Below the pieces are notes generated by a model. The model had not been told where the DNA came from. It was given only the letters and a program-made list of their open reading frames with translations, and made no database searches. Below, piece after piece: positions 48,658 through 56,827 of a stretch of 64,000 nucleotides of DNA. Every line of letters starts with the position of its first letter. Within the stretch, counting starts at the first letter, position 1. Origin of the DNA: Gammaproteobacteria bacterium (GTDB lineage: Bacteria; Pseudomonadota; Gammaproteobacteria; Xanthomonadales; Rhodanobacteraceae); NCBI GenBank assembly GCA_021324095.1, contig JAJPJT010000013.1, positions 14,282-78,281 on the forward strand. The letters are read 5' to 3'. The translations under genes were made by a program, and so were the position numbers.

Positions 48658-49410
48658 ATGAGCACGAAACCCGCCAAGTATCGCGCACCTGCCCTCGACA
48701 AGGGCCTCGACATTCTCGAGCTGCTGTCGCGCGCACATGCGCCGCTCACGATGACCGGCGTGGCCGCGGCGATCGGTTATTCGAAGGGCGAGATTTTCCG
48801 CATGCTGCAGGTGCTGGAGGAGCGCGGCTACATTGCGCGCGCGAACGACGCGGGCTACGTGCTGACCAATCGCCTGTTCCTGCTCGGGATGGAACGGCCG
48901 CCGGTGAAATCGCTGGTCGAGGCCGCGCTGCCGGTGATGCACCGGCTGGCGCGGGAAACCCTGCAGCCCTGTCATCTCGCGGTGGCGTCGGGCGACCAGA
49001 TGGTGGTGATCGCGCGCATCGAGCCGCCCGATGACCTTGGTTTCGTGGTGCGGGTCGGGCATCGGCTGCCGCTGTCGCGCTCGACCTCCGGCGCCGTCCT
49101 GTTTGCTTTCCAGACCGACGAGGTGCGCGCCGACTGGCTCGCGCGGATGGACGCAGCCGGCACGCTCCAGCGCCGCAAGCGGTTCATTGCCGATGCCGAT
49201 GCCATTCGCACGCAGGGTTATGCGATGCTGCCCAGCGGCGACGTGGATGCGGTGACCGATCTTTCCGCGCCGATCCTGCGCCGCGGTTCCGCCGCCGGCG
49301 CGCTGACGATTCCCTATGTCGAACGCCGGCCCGTCAAGGTTTCCATGAAGGCGGCCCTGGAACACCTGCGCGCCGCGGTCGATGCCATTTCGCAGGAACT
49401 GACGGCGTGA
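48658..49410 (+). CDS. IclR-family transcriptional regulator
   Basis: The start is at MSTKPAKYRAPALDKGLDILELL. There is a winged HTH plus an IclR effector domain. It is divergent from fucP. Confidence 0.85.
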   Translation: MSTKPAKYRAPALDKGLDILELLSRAHAPLTMTGVAAAIGYSKGEIFRMLQVLEERGYIARANDAGYVLTNRLFLLGMERPPVKSLVEAALPVMHRLARETLQPCHLAVASGDQMVVIARIEPPDDLGFVVRVGHRLPLSRSTSGAVLFAFQTDEVRADWLARMDAAGTLQRRKRFIADADAIRTQGYAMLPSGDVDAVTDLSAPILRRGSAAGALTIPYVERRPVKVSMKAALEHLRAAVDAISQELTA

Positions 49411-49415
49411 GCGCG

Positions 49416-50804
49416 ATGATGAAGCGTTGGCTGATGATGCTGTGCTGTGCGTGCGCGGGTCTTGCCGCCCCGGCCCTGTTCGCCGCGAGCAGCGGGCCAC
49501 CTCAGCCGTCCGCATCGACATACGCCCAGCGCATGCAATGGTTCGCCGATGCCAAGTTCGGCATCTTCATCCACTGGGGCATCTACTCGGTGGACGGCAT
49601 CACCGAATCGTGGTCATTCTTCGACGGCGATATTCCCTACGCCGATTACATGAAGCAGTTGAAGGGCTTCACCGCGAGCCGTTACGACCCGCAGGCGTGG
49701 GCGGATTTGATCAAGGCCAGTGGCGCGAAGTACGCGGTCCTGACCTCGAAGCATCATGACGGCGTCGCGTTGTGGCCGACGAAACGGGGCTTGAACGTGG
49801 TGAAGGACACGCCCGCGCGCCGTGATCTGGTCGGGCCGTTCGTCAAGGCGCTGCGCAAGGACGATCTCAAGGTCGGGCTGTATTTCTCGGTGATCGACTG
49901 GTCATCGCCGCTGTATCCGGCTTTCACGCACGACCAGACGCGCTATCAGATCAAGGACGATCCCGGGCGCTGGAACCGTTTCGTCACGTATTACCAGGAT
50001 CAGGTCCACGACCTGACGAATCGCTACCACCCCGACCTGTACTGGTTCGATGGCGACTGGGAACACACTGCCGAGCAATGGCACAGCAAACAGTTGCGCG
50101 ACTGGATCATGACGCACAACCCCGACGCGATCATCAACTCGCGCCTCGCGGGTTGGGGCGATTACGGCACGCCCGAGCAGGGCGTTCCCATCGCGCGGCC
50201 GCCGTACAAGTACTGGGAACTCTGCCTGACCATGAACAACTCATGGGGCTGGCAACCCCACGACCACCATTTCAAGTCGACCGATCAGCTCATCCGCATC
50301 CTCGCCGACACCGCGAGCATGGGCGGCAACCTGCTGCTCGACATCGGTCCGCGCGCCGACGGCACGATCCCGAAGATCGAAGCCGACACCTTGCGGCAGA
50401 TCGGCCAGTGGCTGGGCAAGAATGGCGAAGCGATCTATGGCACGGTGGCCGGCATCCCGAAGGATTACTACGCGGGCGCCAGCACCTTGTCGCCGGACCA
50501 CAAGACGCTGTACCTGTTCATCGATGGCGATCCCCAGGGCCCGGTCTTGGTCAAGGGCCTGACCAACCGCGTGGTGCGCGCCTGGGTGGTCGGCAACGGC
50601 ACCATCCTGAGTCCGCAGCGCGTCGGCGCCACGCTGGGCAATGCGCCGGCGCCGCTCTATGTCGACGTGCCCGAAGACACGCTCGATCCGCAGCACGTCA
50701 CCGCGATCGGGCTGGCGCTGGACGGTCCGATCAAGCTCTACCGCGACACATCCAAACCGACGCAACTGAACCCGGACGAGCCGACCATGCGGGCGATCCA
50801 GTGA
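49416..50804 (+). CDS. alpha-L-fucosidase (GH29), exported
   Basis: The signal peptide is MMKRWLMMLCCACAGLAAPALFA. FGIFIHWGIYSV and YAVLTSKHHDGVALWPT are present. Confidence 0.9.
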   Translation: MMKRWLMMLCCACAGLAAPALFAASSGPPQPSASTYAQRMQWFADAKFGIFIHWGIYSVDGITESWSFFDGDIPYADYMKQLKGFTASRYDPQAWADLIKASGAKYAVLTSKHHDGVALWPTKRGLNVVKDTPARRDLVGPFVKALRKDDLKVGLYFSVIDWSSPLYPAFTHDQTRYQIKDDPGRWNRFVTYYQDQVHDLTNRYHPDLYWFDGDWEHTAEQWHSKQLRDWIMTHNPDAIINSRLAGWGDYGTPEQGVPIARPPYKYWELCLTMNNSWGWQPHDHHFKSTDQLIRILADTASMGGNLLLDIGPRADGTIPKIEADTLRQIGQWLGKNGEAIYGTVAGIPKDYYAGASTLSPDHKTLYLFIDGDPQGPVLVKGLTNRVVRAWVVGNGTILSPQRVGATLGNAPAPLYVDVPEDTLDPQHVTAIGLALDGPIKLYRDTSKPTQLNPDEPTMRAIQ

Positions 50805-50846
50805 AGCGGGAATGCACCATCCGATGAAACCGGGACGCACAAAACG

Positions 50847-50881
50847 CCCCCACCCTGACCCTCCCCCTCCGGGGGAGGGAG
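50847..50881. repeat. R-family repeat (short copy)
   Basis: cccccaccctgaccctccccctccgggggagggag, lying between the two GH29 genes. Confidence 0.6.
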
Positions 50882-50927
50882 AAAGTTCGCGTGCACGCGC
50901 TTTCGTGTTCGCAGGGAGCGGTTTGAA

Positions 50928-52396
50928 ATGGTGACCCGACGCGAGTTGTTGCAGGGCGCCTCCGCGCTGGCGTTGCTGGGCGGGGTCGGTGTTCGCGTCA
51001 CGCCGGCTGCCCCCGCTAAACCGGCAGCGACGGCGAACGCCTATGTTCCGGTCACCGATCCCCTGGTGGCGAAGAAACTCGCGCAGTGGTCCGACTGGAA
51101 ATTCGGGCTGATCCTGCACTGGGGCACCTACAGCCAGCTCGGCATCGTCGAATCGTGGTCGATCTGTTCCGAGGACGAACCCTGGTGCAAGCGTCCGAAG
51201 GGCGTCGGCTATGTCGAATGGAAGCGGCGTTACGAGCAGTTGCCGAAGACGTTCAACCCGGTGCAGTTCGATCCCGATGCGTGGGCGGACGCGGCGCACG
51301 AAGCGGGCATGCGCTACGTGGTGTTCACCACCAAGCACCATGACGGCTTCTGCATGTTCGAACGGCCACCACCGATTACCGCATCACCGCGCCGGACGTG
51401 CCCTACCACTCGAATCCGCGCGCGAACATCGCAAAGGCGGTGTTCGACGCGTTCCGCGCGCGCGACTTCGGCATCGGCGCGTATTTCTCCAAGGCCGACT
51501 GGCACACCCCCGATTACTGGTCGCCGGAATGGGCGACGCCGACCCGCAACAACAACTACGACACCCGCAAGTATCCGGAAACCTGGAAACGCTTCGTCGA
51601 GTTCACTCTGAAGCAGGTCGAGGAAATCACCTCGCAGTACGGCCGCATCGACCTGATGTGGCTGGACGCGGGGTGGGTCGACGGCGCCAAAACCCATCCC
51701 GACGCCAAGGCGTACGGCATGGAAGTGCCGTGGGCGCAGGACATCGACATGTCGCGGCTCGCAGCGATCGCGCGCCGCAACCAGCCCGGCATCATCCTGG
51801 TAAACCGGGACGAAGGCGGTCCATACGAGAACTATCGAACGCCCGAACAAACCGTGCCGAAGCACCTGCTGCCGTACCCGTGGGAAACCTGCATGACCAT
51901 GGGCACGTCGTGGTCGTGGAAGCCCGACGACGACTACAAGTCGCCGCGTGAACTGGTGCACACGCTGGTCGGCATCGTTGCCAAGGGCGGCAATCTGTTG
52001 CTGGGCATCGGGCCCGAAGGCAACGGCACGTTGCCGGCCGTTGCGCTGGAGCGGCTGCGCGCGATCGGCGCGTGGATGCAGGTAAACGGTTCGGCCATCC
52101 ACGCGAGCAAACCCATCGCGCCTTATGCGGAAGGCAAGCTGCGCTTCACGAAATCGAACGACGGCGCCGTCAACGCGATCTGGCTGGCCGGTGAGGGTGA
52201 GCGTCCTCCGGAGAGCATCGCCTTGAATGGCTTGCAGCCCGCGCCGGGCGCGCGGCTGCAGGTGTTGGGAACACACGCGCCTCTGGAGTGGACGGCGCAA
52301 AGGACCGGCACCATCGTGCACCTGCCCGACAGCGTGCGCGATCGACTCACTGGCGCGCTGGCCTGGACCTTGCGCGTTCCGGCCTTGCGCACCTGA
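50928..52396 (+). pseudogene. alpha-L-fucosidase (GH29, Tat signal) interrupted by a single frameshift near 51360-51363
   Basis: Frame 1 (50928..) reads MVTRRELLQGASALALLGG...FGLILHWGTYSQ...VVFTTKHHDGFCMFE and then turns to Arg/Pro junk. Frame 2 continues a normal GH29 sequence: ATTDYRITAPDVPYHSNPRANIAKAVFDAFRARDFGIGAYFSKADW... to 52396. Restoring one base in GAA|CGG would join the two frames. Confidence 0.65.
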
Positions 52397-52422
52397 TTTC
52401 TCCTCCTCACCCTGAAATACAA

Positions 52423-52493
52423 CCCCCTCACCCGCCAAGCGCTGCGCGCCTGTCTCCCTCTCCCCCGTGGGGAGAGGGGTGGGGTGAGGGGGG
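52423..52493. repeat. R-family palindromic repeat (full-length copy)
   Basis: ccccctcacccgccaagcgctgcgcgcctgtctccctctcccccgtggggagaggggtggggtgagggggg. There are outer arms CCCCTCACCC/GGGTGAGGGG and an inner hairpin CCCTCTCCCC-N-GGGGAGAGGG. Confidence 0.85.
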
Positions 52494-52681
52494 CGGCGGT
52501 TGCTCTGCCGTCATTTCGCGAGCCAAAAACTGCTACGCCACAGCGGATAGCCACTACCGGTTCGCGCCGGGGCTTCCCATCTCGTCCGGGAGGATTTACC
52601 ATGCCCGCGCAGGAGTTTCATGGGTGCATCGCTGAATCAAAATTGAACCAAGGGTTGCCGCCGCCTCAGGGAGGGTCGTCA

Positions 52682-55657
52682 ATGCATCACCTTACGTTCC
52701 GCCGCAACACGCTCGCGCTGGCCTTGTCGGCGGCATTGTTGTTGCCGCTCGCAGCAGTCGCGCAGTCCACCACGACTGACGCCAACGGCCAGGCGACGCA
52801 GCAGCAGCAGCCTGCGAATCCGCCTCCGTCCAGCGCGCAGCCCCAGACCTTGCAGAAGGTCACGGTGCTTGGGTCGCTGATACCGCGTGCGGAAATCGAA
52901 GGGTCGCAGCCAGTCCAGATCGTTACGGGCGCGCAGATCAAGGCGCAGGGGTACACCACGCTCTTCCAATTCATGGAGTCACTGCCGCAGACGTCCGGCA
53001 ATTCGGACTTCTATAACCGTCCTTCGACTTGGGGAAATACCGCCGTCAACGCACGCACGGTCGATTTGCGTGGTCTCGGGCCTCAGTTCACCTTGCTCAT
53101 GATTGACGGCCATCCCGTGGTGAACTATCCGCAGCCGGAGAACGCGTCGTTCGGCCATTTCGACCTCCAGAATGTCAACAACATTCCGCTGGGCATGATC
53201 GATCGTATCGAGATCCTTCCGACGGGCGCCTCGGCGATCTATGGCTCCCAAGCCATGGCAGGTGTGGTCAACATCATCCTGAAGAAGCAGTACCAAGGCG
53301 ACGATTTGCAACTGCAGGCTGGCGGCGACACCCGCGGCGGCCAGAACTACGGCGACTTCATGTGGACGGGTGGCCGGTCCGGCAACAACTGGCACATTGT
53401 GTACAACTACGAGCACACAAACCGTTCGCCGCTGTGGGGCATGGACCGTCCCAATTTCGATGCGGTGAACGATGCTGGTTACGGAACATGGAACCCGAGC
53501 GACCGCATGTTTGGCTATCAATACAATCAAGCCGGTGGCTACGGGATTTTCATGACCGGTGCCAACGGGAATTTCATCACGCCGCCAGCAGGGTCATGCG
53601 AGGCGTTTCCAAGTTTCGTGCGCGCAGAGGCCAAAACGGTAGGCACCAGCGGCGACCAAGTCACCGGCCCGGTGACCGACCAGGGCACTTATTGCGCGCA
53701 ACCGCATGTGTTCCAGGACTGGACACTAGAGCCCGGCATTCGCAACGACAACTTCTACGTCGCGGGCCAGTACGACATCAATCCCACCCTAAGCGTGTAC
53801 GGATCGATGGCGCTGTACCTCAACCATGGTTGGACCAACACGCAGTTGCCCGAATTTGCGTCAGGAGTTTTCTACGACGCAGGGACTGGCCAAGTCGTCA
53901 ATGATTACTACAGGCAGCTCACCGTGTCCGAACTGGGCGCCATGGGCAACACGTACGATAACGAAAAATACTGGGACATTCGTGCTGGCGTAAAAGGTGC
54001 GATCTTCGACGACCGGTTCAACTGGGACCTTGAATTCGGCAGTCAGAAATACCTGGTGCACGAAAACTACACGGCCTACAACGACACGGCCATGCAGAAC
54101 TTTTTCCTGGGACCGCAGCTCGGCACCACGACCGTTACCGGCGCCAATGCCGCAGTGTGTCCAAACAACGAGACGAGTTGTCAGATTCCGGTGTACAACC
54201 CGAACCAGCAAACCCTCTGGTACCCGATCACGCCGACTCAGTACGCCATCTTCAGCGCAGCGGGCCAGGACAATTCGGCGTCGGTACTGGACAATGCCTC
54301 GTTGAATGTCAACGGCGACCTGTTCAACGTTCCTTGGAACGGCAAACCAATCGGATGGGCGGCCGTGCTCGACGCCGATCATGAGAGTTTCGAGCTCAAT
54401 CCGGATCCTCGCCTGACCACGGTCCCCAATTTTTACAATCCTTTTTTCGACAACAACAAAGGTGGTGGCACCCGCCAGCACTATGACCTCGGCACCGAGT
54501 TCCGTGTGCCTGTCTTCGATACCCTGACTTGGGACATCGCCGGCCGCATCGACAAGTACCACGATGCCAGCGTCGCCGACATCGCCCGCACCTGGAAGAC
54601 GGGAATCGAATGGCGGCCCGTGAACGGATTGCTGCTGCGCGGCAGCTACGGAACCAATTTCAGGGCGCCCGGCTTGGACGACATTTATTTGGCGGACACC
54701 GTGTCGACCGTTGGTGACTACGCCGATGATCTGAAGTGCATCCAGCAACACATCACCGTGTGTCCTGATACTCAGCATCCGCCGAGTGAGTATTTCCCGG
54801 ATTACGGCGGCGGCAACAAGCAACTCCTCCCTATGACAGGGCACACTTGGACCTACGGATTCGTTTGGAGCATTCCGCACGTGCAGGGCTTGTCGGTGTC
54901 GGCCGACTATTGGCACCTGACGATCGACAACGAAATCGAGTGGATCGGCATAGACACGGAACTCACCGACGAGGCGGGCTGCCTGACGGGCTTGCAAGTT
55001 TCAGGTGCGCCTTATACCGCCCATGCGCTTGGCTCGCCGTACTGTCAGGAAGCCATTGCCAACGTCACGCGCGACGCCAATGGCAACATCATCGGGGTGC
55101 ATACCGGCCCGATCAACGAGTCCTATCAGTCCGTCAGCGGTGTCGATGCCGAAGTGGATTACGCGTGGCAGACGGAAAATTTGGGTGACTTCAAGTTCCA
55201 GCTCAATTACACGAACAATCTGGATTGGTACTCGCGTACCCTCGCGACCGATCCACTGATCAATACCCGCAACCAACATGTGGAAACCCGGATGACCGCG
55301 TCACTGGCGTGGGACAGAGGACCGTGGAATGCAACCTTATACGGCCTGCGGTGGGGTGGCGTAGAGGCGCCCAATTACAACGGTTGCGAGACCTTGGCCA
55401 ACGGGATCCAGCCGGGAGCGGGTGATCCCGAGTGCGTGATCTACAAGGGCAACGTGAAGCCGTGGGTGATCTTCAGCGGGTCTGTCGGATACCAATTCGA
55501 CAAGCGGGTCAAGATGACCCTGAATGTCACCAACATCTTCGACAAGGTAGGCACCATCGAGCCGTACGCAGGTGGATTCGAGTACATCTCCACCGGACAA
55601 GGCCAGGACTACACCGGCCGCCAGGTGTTCCTGACCATCAACTACAAGCTTGATTGA
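52682..55657 (+). CDS. TonB-dependent outer-membrane receptor
   Basis: The start is at MHHLTFRRNTLALALSAALLLPLAAVA. The plug region is TLQKVTVLGSLIPRAEIEGSQPVQIVTG...DRIEILPTGASAIYGSQAMAGVVNII. The C-terminal beta-barrel ends ...FLTINYKLD. Confidence 0.9.
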   Translation: MHHLTFRRNTLALALSAALLLPLAAVAQSTTTDANGQATQQQQPANPPPSSAQPQTLQKVTVLGSLIPRAEIEGSQPVQIVTGAQIKAQGYTTLFQFMESLPQTSGNSDFYNRPSTWGNTAVNARTVDLRGLGPQFTLLMIDGHPVVNYPQPENASFGHFDLQNVNNIPLGMIDRIEILPTGASAIYGSQAMAGVVNIILKKQYQGDDLQLQAGGDTRGGQNYGDFMWTGGRSGNNWHIVYNYEHTNRSPLWGMDRPNFDAVNDAGYGTWNPSDRMFGYQYNQAGGYGIFMTGANGNFITPPAGSCEAFPSFVRAEAKTVGTSGDQVTGPVTDQGTYCAQPHVFQDWTLEPGIRNDNFYVAGQYDINPTLSVYGSMALYLNHGWTNTQLPEFASGVFYDAGTGQVVNDYYRQLTVSELGAMGNTYDNEKYWDIRAGVKGAIFDDRFNWDLEFGSQKYLVHENYTAYNDTAMQNFFLGPQLGTTTVTGANAAVCPNNETSCQIPVYNPNQQTLWYPITPTQYAIFSAAGQDNSASVLDNASLNVNGDLFNVPWNGKPIGWAAVLDADHESFELNPDPRLTTVPNFYNPFFDNNKGGGTRQHYDLGTEFRVPVFDTLTWDIAGRIDKYHDASVADIARTWKTGIEWRPVNGLLLRGSYGTNFRAPGLDDIYLADTVSTVGDYADDLKCIQQHITVCPDTQHPPSEYFPDYGGGNKQLLPMTGHTWTYGFVWSIPHVQGLSVSADYWHLTIDNEIEWIGIDTELTDEAGCLTGLQVSGAPYTAHALGSPYCQEAIANVTRDANGNIIGVHTGPINESYQSVSGVDAEVDYAWQTENLGDFKFQLNYTNNLDWYSRTLATDPLINTRNQHVETRMTASLAWDRGPWNATLYGLRWGGVEAPNYNGCETLANGIQPGAGDPECVIYKGNVKPWVIFSGSVGYQFDKRVKMTLNVTNIFDKVGTIEPYAGGFEYISTGQGQDYTGRQVFLTINYKLD

Positions 55658-55816
55658 CAGGCTTGACTGAGGCTCTCCAGCGAGAACTTGCCCCGGCTTT
55701 TGCCGGGGCTCTTCTCGCCGGGTGTTTGCCATCGCGAGGCTTGTCGCCGCGCGAGAGTCGCGCAAGCAGGGACAGACGGTCCTCCGCAGCAGGAGCGTGG
55801 GCGCGGTCGTGGTCCG

Positions 55817-56647
55817 ATGCAAATTGATTCACACGTCCATTTCTGGCAACTCGGCCGTCACGATTGTGCGTGGCCGCCGCCGGAACTCGGATCGATCCAT
55901 CGCGACTTCCTGCCCGATGACTGGTGGCATGCGGCGCAAGCCTCGGGGATGAATGCTGCGATCGTGGTGCAGTCGCAGCCCAGCGAACGCGATACGGCAT
56001 GGTTGCTGGACCTCGCCGCCGGTGATGCGCGGATCGCCGGCGTCGTGGGTTGGTCGGATCTGGCGGCACGCGACGCGCCCGAACGCGTCACCGCGCTGGC
56101 CGCCCAGCCGAAACTTCGCGGCCTGCGGCCGATGTTGCAGGACCTGCTGGACGACGACTGGGTCCTGCAGCCCACACTCGCTCCCGCGATCGAGTCGATG
56201 GTCGCACACGCGCTGTGTTTCGACGCATTGGTGTATCCGCGCCATCTCCCGTACCTGTTGCGATTCGCGGAACGGCATCCCGACCTGAAAATCATCATCG
56301 ACCACGCCGCAAAACCGGACATCGCACGCGGGACATTGGGATCATGGCGGCGGGATATCGCGGCGATGGCCGGCCTGCCGCACGTGTTCTGCAAGCTTTC
56401 CGGATTGCTGACCGAAGCGGGTGACGACTGGCACGCGCGGGATGTCGCGCCGTTCGTCGATCATCTGATGGCGACGTTCGGTCCGTGGCGGCTGTTGTGG
56501 GGGAGCGACTGGCCGGTAGTGAATCTTGCGGCGGACTATGCGCACTGGTTCGCGCTGGCCGACGAACTCACGCATCTCCATCGCGCCGAACGCGTGGCGC
56601 TGTTTGGCGCCAACGCTGCGCGGGTTTACGGGATAGAGGACTATTGA
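55817..56647 (+). CDS. amidohydrolase-2 family protein (probable L-fuconolactonase)
   Basis: The start is at MQIDSHVHFW. IIDHAAKP and WGSDWPV are metal-dependent lactonase/amidohydrolase_2 motifs. It lies within the fucose-locus context. Confidence 0.75.
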   Translation: MQIDSHVHFWQLGRHDCAWPPPELGSIHRDFLPDDWWHAAQASGMNAAIVVQSQPSERDTAWLLDLAAGDARIAGVVGWSDLAARDAPERVTALAAQPKLRGLRPMLQDLLDDDWVLQPTLAPAIESMVAHALCFDALVYPRHLPYLLRFAERHPDLKIIIDHAAKPDIARGTLGSWRRDIAAMAGLPHVFCKLSGLLTEAGDDWHARDVAPFVDHLMATFGPWRLLWGSDWPVVNLAADYAHWFALADELTHLHRAERVALFGANAARVYGIEDY

Positions 56648-56696
56648 TGTGGCCGATCAACATCACGAGCTTGAAGTGCGCCTCGCTCGTCCTTTT

Positions 56697-56775
56697 CCGT
56701 TCGTCCTGAGCGTAGGCCGGAGGCCGAAGTCGAAGGACGCGCTTCGACTCCGCTGCGCTACGCTCAGCGCGAACG
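56697..56775. repeat. S-family palindromic element
   Basis: ccgttcgtcctgagcgtaggccggaggccgaagtcgaaggacgcgcttcgactccgctgcgctacgctcagcgcgaacg. Confidence 0.8.
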
Positions 56776-56827
56776 TTGTACGCGGCGGTCGTATTGCTTT
56801 TGTTCCGAGGCAATAAGGGGGAGAACC

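Noticed and set aside
51355-51365. Programmed ribosomal frameshift in the second GH29 gene
   Set aside because: The site has no X-XXY-YYZ slippery heptamer. I saw no obvious downstream stimulatory structure or internal SD. A 1-nt indel (a mutation or an assembly error) is the simpler explanation.
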